Source: Lama glama (Eukaryota). From it: a stretch of 64,000 nt of DNA. The position numbers were made by a program, and so were the translations under genes. The notes beneath the pieces were generated by a model. That model saw only the letters and a program-made list of their open reading frames with translations. It was not told where the DNA came from and ran no database searches. Each line of letters starts with the position of its first letter. The stretch's first letter is position 1. The DNA lies in contig CM052818.1 in NCBI GenBank assembly GCA_028534125.1, positions 45,572,001 through 45,636,000 of the forward strand, written 5' to 3'. Positions 11,961 to 24,383 of this stretch are shown here, one piece after another.

Positions 11961-13286
11961 CCCACCACTGGCCACTGCGGGGGCTCCAGAGAAGGTACGG
12001 GCACTTTATTCCCACGGCTCACCCACAAGAGCTGCCCGGGGAGCTGCTCTCCACATTTTGGGGGTAACAGAACTGCTGTGCACAAAATGCACGTTTTGAA
12101 ATTCTATCTAACACAATCCAGAACAATATAGGTATTTCTCCAACGCTTAGCCATGGCTGCCAATCCCAGGAGTAGTGGGGAAGGTGGAGCCAGATTCCAG
12201 GTGAACTGAGGCGACAGGAGCCCCTGTCCACATGCTGCCGCACGGGGCCCTGGGCCACAGGGAAGGCGGGCCCCGGCTCACGGCCCGGACAGGCTCATCC
12301 CCTTGGAGGATGCTGCAGTGGACAGGCTCTCACACTCTCCCCCTCTAAGGTGTGGGGTCCACACGTTAAAGCAGCAGTCAGCCCAGTGTTCCCTGGCCAC
12401 CTAGACAAAGGGTCCACTCCAGCTTGGCAAAGGAGGGCTTCTCAGAGGAGTCAACGCCTGGGGCTGAGCCAAAGGGACAGCAAAGACAAATAGCTGGAGG
12501 CTGGAAGGACTCGCAGATGCATTTGGGGGATGGAAAGGTCCAGCCCAGCTGGAACACAGGGTGGATCTGGGGCAAGAGGCCATGATAGCCGGTGGCCCAG
12601 TCTGGGGCCTGGAGAATCTGTTAGAAAGCCCTGGCCAATTTCAAAGTGCCTGGGGAGCGGTGAAAAGGGGCAAGTGGTCTATAAAAGGCAGAATGTGTCA
12701 AGTGACACAGCCCCGATTCTCCCCAAGGGATGAAACCACATGTCTCATAAATGTATCAGCGCTGCTGCTGAGAAGGACAGTGAGTACCTCACATGGGGCT
12801 CAACAGGCTTCAGGCACAGGCTTCAGGCCAGCCTCTCTCCCATTCTCCCCTTTGAGTCTCACCCTCCCCAGCGAGCTGGCCAGAGCGGGCAGCCTCCTCT
12901 ACTTCACAGGAGAAGACACTGAGGCTTGGGGCGCGGAGGCGGGAAGGCAGGCAGGCAGGCAGGCCCGCACACACCAGCTGCGAATTCCCAGCCCAGGCGT
13001 TCCGCCCGCACCACCGGACCCCAACCCCCACCCCCAAAGAGGGGTCAGTCAAGTTTCAAAAGCAGGATTAACCAGAGTTCCCCCTATCTGCTTTAAGAGC
13101 CCAAGGATGATGAGGATGACATGCCAGGTTCCTTCAACCCACACTGAAACCTCCTTCCTTCCCAGCGACACGCTGGGGCTCGCGGGGCAGCCTTTGCTAG
13201 TGGCCCCAACGACCCGTGAAGCAGGGAGAGCCCCTCCGCACTTACTAGAGGAGCAACCCCGAGAGAATATGGCTAAGCTAACTCAC

Positions 13287-13530
13287 CTCCACACCCCCAA
13301 GCAAGCCCGGGAGCGAGGCTGTCCAGTGCGCCCTGCTGCCTCTCCCTGTATTCTGTCCAAGACGTATTCGGGGAGCACCCAGCAGGCGATCGGTGCCAGC
13401 ACTGAGGTGGAGTCTTGCGACTGCAGGCCCGTGGCAACGTCCAGCCTTCAGCCTCACTCCTCTGCCTTCTGCCGGGCCGCACTTTCAGCCGCTCTGCAGC
13501 CAATTAAATGTCAGTGCGACAACCTGTCTC
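13287..13530 (-). other. Candidate alternative first (or internal) non-coding exon
   Basis: Consensus donor GAG|gtgagt (13281-13286); locally CpG-retaining sequence; TTTAAAAA TATA-like element at ~13541-13548; upstream AP-1 TGAGTCA (13693-13699) and RUNX AACCACA (13775-13781). Confidence 0.45.
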
Positions 13531-15114
13531 CTGCACAGAGTTTTTAAAAATCCCCTTCCACTTCATCATTTCCCAACAACTGCCCCCCAAAGATGGGAAA
13601 AGGCCAGTCGGATCTCAAGGACCAGACCACAGGATCAAGGTACTAATTCGTGCCGATGAAGCAGAGACAGCAGGTCCACAGGGCAGGCATGGTGAGTCAG
13701 GCCGGTGCCACCGAGCAGACACTCCTGGGCTCTCCTCCCGGACAGGAGAGCAGTTCTGGCTCGTGATGTCCTAAAACCACACACCGTGAGGAGGTTTCAC
13801 TGCAGGACACTCCCCAAAGAAACATCACAGTAGCTTAGGGCCCAGGACTGGGGACTGAGGCCTCGTCAGTCGGATGCTGGCAAGGGAGGATGGCTGGGAC
13901 CCACTCTGAGCAGCCCTCTACAGAAGCTGGTACAGGGCAAGGCAGAGAAGCAGGGGCCTCTGGGGCTCCATGGAGACCGCCCATCCTGGCCCAGCACCCG
14001 GGAGCCCCTACCAATCCTGGCCCGGCTGCCTGAGAGCCCCAGAGCTTGGACAGGCTGTCCTCTGAATCCCAATGTGCTCATCTGTGAAACAATGGCGGGC
14101 CCAGAGGAAAATCCCTGAGAAAATGTGACTACGGCAGCCAAAGGGTTAAAAGCACTGAGTTCATCCCAACAACTCCCTCCACCACCCTCCATAAACACAC
14201 ACACAAAACAGAACAAACAACCATCCTTAGCCAGTTATTCACTGGCCGTTGGCCATGATGAGAAAGAATTCCATTTTCATCAAAGGTCAGTTAAGAAAGG
14301 TGAGGAAGGAGAGGGAGCAGTTTCTGCCCCTTCCCTTGATTCTCTTATTCATGTTTCCCCCAAATGCAGGCTGAAAACCAGCAGGGCTAACGAGAAATCC
14401 TGAACCTTAATGCAGCAGTTCCTGAGAACTGCGGAAGGAATGGCTCTGTTAGACTCACAGATGCAGACAGACCGTCCCTAAAGCAAGGAAAAGGGGAGGT
14501 GACTTTCTTCCCAAAGTCATGGGACGGGTAGCCTGGCTGAACCCAGACCTGACTGCAGAGAGCTCCAGCCCTGCCCAGAGAAATGCAGTCACTGCCATAC
14601 AGACCACTGGAGACGGAGCGCTGTCGCCATGGCAACCAGAGTCTTAACAACTTTGGCATTTCCACAACCTTTGATTGATCCAGCGCTCAAAATTAACATT
14701 ACAATGAAACAGTATTTCATTTAATTTATTTTAATTGGCTTTTATATAACTAGACGGCTAGGTTTCACCCTTAATAACAACAGGGTGAATGAGTTCTTAA
14801 TAGTGGGACCCTTAAAACAGCAAGATGAAAGCTAGTAATTTAAAATTGTTGTGTTTGGAAAAAGTCTTCATTGACTTGCTGGAAGCACATTTGGCTTAAT
14901 TCCCCTCTTTTTTTTCTGAGAGGACAGCGGGAACTTTTGCATGTTGAAATTCATCTTTTAGACTGCTCCTGCATCCCATTTAAAAATTAATGATTAAAAT
15001 GTTTTTGGTGTTATTAGTGCAAGGTGTGCAAAGTAGCAAGAATGGAAGTGTGCATTAGTTCCACGAGGACAGAGGGTTGTTTTGTTTTTGGCAGGGGGAG
15101 GTGTTTTTCCCCCC

Positions 15115-15285
15115 ATTGATGTATTCCTTGTGCCTAGAATTCCTGGCACACAGTAGGCCCTCAATAACCACCTGCTGAAATGAATGAATGTGGGCCAATT
15201 GTCAGTGCCTGAGGTAAAGTGTGTACAGCACTTAGCACAGTGCCAGTTACTTGAGTGTTTACTATTTTCATTATCATTGTAAGTG
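15115..15285 (+). mobile_element. L2 3' end followed by a MIR 3' end
   Basis: gtgcctagaattcctggcacacagtaggccctcaataa...tgaatgaatg; cagcacttagcacagtgcc. Confidence 0.65.
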
Positions 15286-16579
15286 AGGTGGGGCTCACGC
15301 CTGGAGAAGGCACTTCCGAGTCTGTAAGGATGTGGACACAGGTGGGAGGGGCGGGACCTCACCTGGGAGGGCAACACCTGTAACTGCCTCAGTCACCCAC
15401 CCCTCCCCGCAAAAATCCACTGAACATCCGTCTACTGCAAGGGCTGGTTCCAGGCCTGATGCAAAGCCCAACATGGACCAGAGAGGTGAACAGAACCACG
15501 TCTGGGCTCTGCTCTCGTGGGATCCGTCTCCTGGGAAGAAAGATGTATTTTTTAAATGTCATTTCCCCTGAGAGATGCTCTAACATGGACAATAGAGTCA
15601 GGTGCACAGGAAAGGGGATCAACTAGCATGAACAGCCCTGCTTGATTCTTAAAGGATGTGTGAGTGCTTGCTGGGGGCGGGGGGGAATCCCCAGCAGCCA
15701 GAACAGCATGTGCAAAGGCCCAGAGGAGTGATGGGATGACAAGGAACTGCCAGTCGATGGAGTTCAAGATGTAGCATGGGGGATGAAGGATTGGACCAGA
15801 GATCAGGCAGGGTCGAGGGTCACAAGGAGGGCTTTTCAGTCCACACTTAGCGTTCAGACTTTGCTCTGCAAGCAAGGGTTTGAAAGCATGGAGCAATGTG
15901 ACCAACACACATTAGAGAAGACTGGTGCTGGGCTGGGGCTGGTGCGGGGAATGGGTCTGAGGGGGAGCTGGGGGCAGGCTGGGTGAGGAGACGGGCTGGA
16001 AACTGACAATAACGCAAGCAGGTGATGTGAATGCCACACGGGAACAGTGAAGTTGGAGAGACTGGGACCGATCTGGGGAATCTAAATCTTCAAGACTAAC
16101 TTAGAGACCAACTGGGTAGGACAGAGGGAAAGGAAAGCTGAGCAGGGCTAGAATGTCTCCAGGGCCTGCCTGCGCATCTGAGCGACTTTGGAACAGTATA
16201 TTCTGTTTTAGACATTCCGTCAAACAACCTAAGACCCAACAAGCAGCGGCTTGGACACGAAAAGGTTTTCTTTGTGTTCACGGCCTGGGCAGCAGCTCAA
16301 GAACGCCACCAAGGGCCTAGAGTCTTTTCTGCTCCACCATCCTTAGCACATGGATTTCGGCCTAGTGATCACAGGATGGCTGCCCTACTTCCACAAATTA
16401 CCTCTGCTTTCCAGGCAGGAAGAAGATGGATGGACCAAAAGCTTTCTGTCTCGGGACTTTGGCTTTTTATTCAGGAAGGGAGCAGGGACAGGAGAGCATG
16501 CCAGCAGCCCTGAAGTGACATCTCACTGGTCCAAACTCACTGGATTTTCCTGGCTGGAAGGTGGAGCCTTTAGCTGTCC

Positions 16580-16953
16580 AGCCTCTGAGTAGAGGGGCCT
16601 TTGCACTTGCTGTTCCCTGTCCAGCCATCCTCCCCAGCTCCCTCGTTTCTATCCAGTCTTTGCTCAAATGTCAGCTTCTCATGAGGCCTTCTCAACCACT
16701 CTGCTTACAATTTCATTTCTCACTCACCCTCTGTCCAGTACCTCCACCCCTGCACTCATTTATTTTTCCCACAGTCCTAGCACCTTCTAAGTATTGCTAC
16801 ATTATACTACATATTGACTTATTTCGTTTACTGCTTGTCGCTCCCAGCTGGGAACATAAGCTCTGAGAGGGCAGGACTTCTGCTGGATATTCTCCTGTGC
16901 GGAATCTGGCACACAGAAGGAGCTATGTGAATGAATGAATGAATGAATGAATG
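16580..16953 (+). mobile_element. L2 3' fragment with (TGAA)n tail
   Basis: cataagctctgagagggcaggact...tggcacacagaagg...gaatgaatgaatgaatga. Confidence 0.75.
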
Positions 16954-17904
16954 AGGGCCAGCTAGTAAGAAGGCACATTTCCCTACCTAGGGGTTCTTCC
17001 CAGGCCCAGTCTCTGCTTAAAGGGAAACTACTCAGTACCCGGCCCCCACTCTCTGGAGCCCCTGCCCTGGAGGAAAGATGAAACACACATTGGGAGGTGA
17101 CCAGCCAGGACCAGAACCTTGCAGGTGGCAGGGCCACGGGAGCCGGAGTAGCAGCACTTCAGGAAGAGTGAGGCACCTGAGCAGGCCCAGGAGGCTTCTT
17201 GGAGGAGGTGATTCCTGAGCAAGGCTGGGAGCTGTCAGGGTGCTCTGGGAGGGTGCAAGGAGCAAGAGAGTACCCCAGACAGGAGGGTTAGCATGTGGCT
17301 AGTGGTCCTCTCCTCAAATGATGTGCTGAGCATCATAATCCAAGACCCAGGGCCCACAATGGGGAGCCGCCAGGACCACCTCCCTTAGCAAGGCAAAAGC
17401 CAGATGGGAAAAAAGTCCCTGAGAGTTTGACACCAAGTCCCCACCCTACCCTGCCCCTCTGTCCCTGACAAAGGTGACCACATAGCTGGTTGTAATCCAG
17501 AAGCAGGTTTAACGGGAGCTGCTTGCTAAATATATGCTCCGATTTGAGCCAAGCTGACTGTCCATATCCACAAGTGTCTTTAATTTAAGTGGTAAGGTCC
17601 CAGCACGCACACAGTGACTCCCCTGCCTGGCAGACGGAAAGATGGAGCAGAGCTGATGTCCCAGGAAGACGGAGGAGCATACACGAATTTCCACGTCCTT
17701 TGTGAGGCTTGGACAATACTTTCACTGGGCCTCTTCTGTGGGCTAACATCTTGCAGGAGGAAAATGAAAATGACAGGTTGACCCCAGACCAGATAAAGGA
17801 AAAGGGCAGAAGACTGGGGACTCAGATTCCACAAAGGGAGCCACAAAGACCCTATTGTTTTAGACAATCGTGTGTCAGGGGCAGCTGGATGTGAAGAAAA
17901 AGAT

Positions 17905-18120
17905 TGGTGGTGGTGATGGTGATGATGATGGTGACGATGGTGGTGATGATAATGATGATGATGGTGATGACGATGGTGATGATAATGGTGATGACGATGA
18001 TCATGATGCTGGTGATGACAATGGTGATGATGGTGATGATCATGATGCTGGTGATGATAATGATGATGGTGATGATGATAATGACAATGATGGCGATGAT
18101 CACAATGCTAATGATGATGG
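17905..18120. repeat. Imperfect (GAT/GGT)n trinucleotide repeat
   Basis: About 70 degenerate GAT/GGT/GAC/AAT triplets, next to a MIR remnant at 18121-18240. Confidence 0.95.
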
Positions 18121-21100
18121 TCCTTACATTTATAAAGCATGTTAGAATTCACAAGAAGTGTAATGGCCATTTTTACAATACTGGGAGGGAGGTATTATAA
18201 TTCCCATCTCACAGATGAGGAAACAGATGTTTAGGAGACCCAAGGGACCTGCATGGAGAAGAGAAAGGTGGATGCTGTTTGAGCCTCAGAGAGAGCAGGA
18301 TAGGGACAGAGTGATAGATGTGCCTTTTTTCCTTTAAAAAGAATGGTCTGTTCACTGTCCATTAGTTGTAAGGAAGTCAGTGCAACATCAGGAAGTGATA
18401 TCTCCAGTCTGCAGTAACCTTAAAACTGGAGTTCAACAAGGCAAGATGTCCCTAAGCCCAGGGCACCTGGAGCCTGAGGGTTGTTTTCTTGTTCAGTCCA
18501 CAACATCCTCTATGGTTGTAAGACTAAGCTCTCCAGTCAATCACGGTGCACACAGAGGCTGAAGTTTGCCACTTGCTCAGTATCACTGACATCCAACACA
18601 GCTACTGACTCTGTTCCATGCCCACGTGCAGCCTCTTCAGGCTGTGACAAGCCCACTCAAGGTCCCCACGAGTTAACAAGCTTGTGCAACGCAGGCTGTC
18701 CAGCGGTGGGGCTGCAGGAGGCCTTTGCTTATTACTACCAACCCGAGGAAGGGAAAGAAATGAGTGGACGTGCCTTTTGCTGATGAAGTGACTGCAAAGA
18801 AGCACACGGTGGGAGAGAGAGGCAGGGACGCCCACCGTGGCCTCCAGCTGCTGGTGCTGGGGGAGGCTCTGTCTCCATGGGGTCGGAGGATGCTGAAACT
18901 GAACTGGATGAAAGGAGAAAGGAAACTGCCCGGTGTTTGACAAGACCCGGGAAGTACAAAGAGCATTCAAAACAGTTAACAACAACAGACTGCCTTCTGA
19001 AATTATTAGGCGGAGGACGCACGAATGGGCATGAATGGGATTTTTTCTAGTGTATAAAATTATGATAAGCAGATTGATAAAGCACTGCTCTACATTCTGG
19101 AGAAGGCCTGTGAGTAAGAACGGGTCAGACAAATCAGTTACAGTGTCATCCCTCCAACAGGCAGGCCCACTCACCCCCCAGGGCAGTAAGACGGGTTCAA
19201 GGCCACACTGTTTGGCAGGGGCCGATGGTGTAAGCCAGGGCAGGTCAGCCCAAGGCCCCTCCTCAGCTTCCTGCTGTCTTGGGTCACAACCACAATATCA
19301 GCTCCACAACATCCTGGTCATCTTTGTATCCCAAGGCCCAGAGCCGGGCTTGGCATACGATATAGAATTATTGAACTAATTTGTAGAATTGTACAGGGTA
19401 ATCCTCATTCACACTAAAGAAAGCATTCCTGGCTTTATTAAAAGACTTTGTTCTGGTTATTGTCTGGGGATAGGTGTTCCTTTGATGCATTTTAAGTGTT
19501 TTGGCAGGAAAGTTAGGGCTCCACAGCGTTAATGACTAAGCAAACAGAACGGAGGGCAAAATTATGTCAGAAATCTCTGTGTAAGTCAACAAAACGTAGG
19601 CCCTTTGTTTAGAAAAACTTAATTCACATACACAATTTCAGAAATATCACAGAAAGTGAGGTTTATTCTTTCCATCCCCAGGACAACTGGGATACCCAGG
19701 AAACCAGTGGGACACACCTGGTCTCCATGGTAACCTACCTGTTTCCAGTGACAGGAGAGCTTACTTCCTGCCTCCATGTGGAATCTTACAAAAACCTAAG
19801 GACCCAGCTTTCAAAAATAACAATTTCTGAACACGGGTGCCATACTAATTTTTTTTTTTAAATATGGTTTCCTCATGGTGAAGATCCCAAAATATTTACC
19901 TGATGTGTATGTAATTTTGCTGACAATTATATTTTCTTTCTAACATCATAAATATGGACATCAGACTATAAACATACGATTTTTAAAGAATTTAATCCAG
20001 GAAACTATAAGCAGGCACTGAGCCAGTAGCAAAGGCAACCTCTGGCTTCTCACATTTTATAGCAATATTATTTGCCTGGAGAGACAGCCCAGCCCCCAGG
20101 CATCCTTCATTTGCTCTGAAATTAATCTTTCATATTAGCCAATTTCTCTGATGGCTGGCTTCGCCTTCATAACTTTCCACTGCTGACTCAATATCCTGGG
20201 CTCAGACAGATTAACCCTCTGCAAAATGACAGGGATGACAGCCTAAGAAGCCTCTGGAGGGATGCCACCAAAAACCAGGCACGGCCCTGACCAGGGCTGA
20301 GATGGCCCTGCTCACCAGCCAGTAAGCAGGGACAGTCAACCCAGCGTGAGCCCACGATCAACCCAAAGTCAACCCAAGTCGGCCCAACATCAACCCACGG
20401 TCCCAAGGCAGGAACAGCACAGGCGGTGGGGAAGGATCACCCCCAGGAATCCTCCAATTCACAGGAGCTGAAGACCAGCAATTTCACTCGGGGGAGTCAG
20501 GACGGAAGTGTAGGGACCGTGAAACCAAAAAGTTATTTTCAAAAAGGGAGCTGAAAAACATCAGGCTGATAGACAAACAGGAAGGAGATCATTCCTGGAA
20601 GAGGGCCACTGTGCGAACATTTGGTGATGAGAACAGAGAAGGGAAACTCGGGACATGTGGTGCGAGGACATCAAACCATCTCATCAAAAAACCCAACACC
20701 AACATGGCAGGAGCCTCGAAGTCTCCTTCCAGGTCAAGAAGCAAAGTGCACACCCAAATTCAAGCAAGCAAAAAAGGAGAAACACATTCTAGATCGCAAA
20801 CAAACTCTGATCCTTGCCATGTGGAAATGGTGAATTTCTTGGAAGAGTCAGAATATTTTTCTTTATATCCAAGTTAATAGAATTACTCAGTATTGACTTT
20901 AGATGAGACTAACAAATTCTGATAATGTAGTATGATGAACTTGCATTAATTCAAATCATCCCAAGTATGGAATTTGTGGGTTCCAGCCAGTCTGACTGTA
21001 AAGATAATTTGGTAAGCAAATTAAGAGAATAAACAAGGTTATCAGAGGAATACATTCTTGGGGTTCCTTTTTAAAACACTTTTTTTCCCCTAATTGCAAA

Positions 21101-21369
21101 ACTAATACATGCCCATTGATGAAAATTTAGAATGTAGAGAAAATATTTTAAAAGCATAAAAGAAATAACACTCAGATCCCATGAGATTCGACTGCTGTTA
21201 ACAGTCTGGTATATTTCCACCCCATCTATTTTCTCTGACTTTTTTTCCTCCCAAAAGTAAATGAAATGAAACTGTCTATATGGCTCTACATCTTACTTCC
21301 CAGCTCCATATTTAGGAGATGTTTAAACTGCTTATTTTTAACCCCTTTAGCAAATACCTACTAGCTTAC

Positions 21370-21593
21370 TACCACAAATGCTAACTTCAAAGAACGCTTA
21401 GTAATTCATTAGAAAGACCAGCTTGAGGTAAAAGCTGGTCAGGAGTTTGCATCGATATATATACTTTTGTCTGAAAAGAATACAGTTATTTATCTTCTAC
21501 AGTACTCCCTAATTCTGACTTTTCTCTAATTCACAATTAGTCAAAACAAGAAGTTGAGTCCACAGTTTCTTTGATCGTGAGAGGTATAATCTC
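21370..21593 (-). other. Candidate internal 5'UTR exon (224 nt)
   Basis: Strong acceptor cttcttttctttccag|GAG at 21593 and donor GTA|gtaagc at 21370; unique non-repeat sequence; alternative acceptor ttcttttcag| at 21470. Confidence 0.55.
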
Positions 21594-22295
21594 CTGGAAA
21601 GAAAAGAAGTGCACCATCACACAGAAGAGGGTATCGTCCACATCCTAAGCCCTGGTTCTTCTTGCCCGAGTGTCCTCTTAAAGGAATTGTAAATGATTTC
21701 TAAGTAAAGCCCTGAATCTAAAGCCTAAGATCTCAGCTCAACTGCCAACCTTCTTCCGTGCTCCCACAGCGAATATCCCACTGAAATCACTCTCCTTCTC
21801 AATCTCAGCTTCCTTAAGACACAGCACCATTCCCAGCACAGGAAGTTAGAAGAAGGCATTGAGTGGACAGATGGGTGGGTGAAATACACAGAGTTCATCT
21901 CCCTACCTTCAGGACCCCCGGGCCCGACCCCTTCCTTCCAGTCTGTGCTCTACAAGTCTGTTCCTCAGGATTACCGGTTTCTTCTGAACTGTGATGCCAG
22001 CTCTTCAGACGGCCATTGCTAAGGTGTCTGTGTTCCCTGAAGGGCTCATTTTTTGCTGCAGTCAGTTTCACCGTGAGAAGTCTCTCCGCGCTTTACGTTG
22101 GATTTGCCCTACAACTCAAGTTTATGCTTTTGAGCATTTTTCCTGAGTGGTGGAGTTGAGAGAGAAGAGGTTATCCAGTCCCGTGCTGCACCTGACAAAG
22201 GAGGAAACTGAGAGCTGGAGAGGGAAAGCCAGGCATTAATGACTTCTGCAAGCCCATAAAGCCAAGATGGCTTCCTGACCACTGTCCTGCAACTG

Positions 22296-22437
22296 TTTTT
22301 TGCCAGGGAGGGGCAGGTAATTAGGTTTATTTACTTATTTTATATATATGTATATTTTTAATGGAGGTACTGGAGATTGAACCCAGGACCTCATGCATGC
22401 TAGGCATGCACTCTACCACTGACCTACATCCTGCCCT
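22296..22437 (-). mobile_element. Young tRNA-derived SINE (camelid Vic-1-like) with 14-bp TSD
   Basis: Reverse complement of the ...gtggtagagtgcatgcctagcatgcatgaggtcctgggttcaatc body; TSD ctgtcctgcaactg at 22282-22295 and 22438-22451. Confidence 0.9.
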
Positions 22438-22926
22438 CTGTCCTGCAACTGCAATGAGTGTGTAAAACACTTGCCATCAGCAACAGCACAGAAAACAGTA
22501 CTAGAGCCCTGAACTGTCCAATCACACGCTCAGGCTTGCCAAGCAAGCCCCTTAGCTGAGGTGTCACGTTTTAAATAATTCAACTCACCCACCATCCTAC
22601 AGTTGAAAGAAGAGGACGGTGGTTGGGCCACACATCTGGACATCTATTATGTCCCAGGCATGCAAAGATGCCCACTGCCCTGGGAGAAGTGGACAAGCTT
22701 GGTCCCCAACTTGCCAGGTCAGGCCCTGGAGAGCAGCAGCAGCAAAGGACCTGGAGAACCCAGCTGAGAGCCCAATTTGTCCTCCCTGGAGAGGCGAAGG
22801 GGAGCTTAGCAGAACACGTGACACTGGCTCTCTCTTGGGCCTGAACAGACAGGTGGTGAATGGGCCAGGGTTCCCCAGATAGACAGGCAGCTGCAATACA
22901 AGAGATGCATACAGCTTCCATCTTAT

Positions 22927-23572
22927 GTAGTCCTCCCTTCTCCGAGGGGGATACATCCCAAGACCCCCAGTGGATGCCTGAAACTGCAGGCAGTACTGAA
23001 CCTTATTTTGCTTTTTTTCCTGTACACATACCCATGATAAAGCCTAATTTACAAATCAGGCACAGGAAGAGATTAACAACAATCACTCCTAATGAAATAG
23101 AACAGTTATAATGAAATGCTGTAATAAGTGTGAGTATGCTCTCTCTATCTCAAAATATTGTACTGTACTCACCCTTCTCCCTTGCAATGATGTGAGATGA
23201 TACAACTCCCACGTGAGGAGACAGAGTGTGGTGAACGACGCGGGCAGTGTGACGTAGTATTAGGCTACTGCTGACCTTCCAGTGACACATCAGAAGGAGG
23301 GGCGTCTGCCTCAGCTCATCCTGGATCACTCACTGCATCATCGAGAAGCTGGTGGCTGGATGTCACGAGCAGATGATGTCAATGCATAAAGGGATCCCGG
23401 GAGGACAGAGTGGGACAGCACGAGATTTCATCATGCTTCTCAGGATGGCACCAGATTTAAAACTTACACATGTTTATTTCTAGAATTTTCCATTTAATAT
23501 TTTTGGACCATGGCTGACCGCAGGTAACTGAAACCATAAAAAGTGGAACCATGGATAAAGGAAGATGACTAT
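22927..23572 (-). mobile_element. MER44/Tigger7-like TcMar DNA transposon
   Basis: Inverted termini gtagtcctcccttctcc / ggataaaggaagatgactata; internal gtttatttctagaattttccatttaatatttttggacc...gtaactgaaacc. Confidence 0.75.
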
Positions 23573-23982
<410 letters not shown>

Positions 23983-24214
23983 GGTGGGATGTTTCCAAGA
24001 ATCTTTCAGATTAGTTATTGTCATGAGGCTACCTTCAGAGTAACATTCCATCACCCACCTGCATTTGGGTTCTCTATGCCTACAACCATCCTGTTGCAAC
24101 TCCCCCTCAGTGCCCCCAACAGTCGAGGGCATCCCCCGAAAAGAACAGCTAATTCAACAGAAACGGGTCATGTGACGCAGTGGCCCAAAGTTTGGGAAGC
24201 AGTGCTGAGACTGA

Positions 24215-24383
24215 ATGACAGTGATGATGATCATGATGACGGCTACAGTGACGGCAGTGATGCTGATGATGCTGACAATAATGGTAACAGTGATGGGTGC
24301 TGGTGAGGATAACGACGGTGGTGGTGATGATGATGGTGATGGTGATGATAATGGTGAGAATGAGGATGAAGATGAGGATGATG
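24215..24383. repeat. Imperfect (GAT/GGT)n repeat
   Basis: Degenerate GAT-rich triplets. Confidence 0.9.

Noticed and set aside
12561..13547. 328-aa plus-strand ORF
   Set aside because: Non-ATG start, low-complexity Pro/Ser/Ala composition, runs through a MIR remnant, no recognisable domain; likely a chance ORF in GC-rich DNA
17852..18200. Asp-, Met- or Ile-rich ORFs (also 24149-24580)
   Set aside because: Translations of (GAT)n microsatellites
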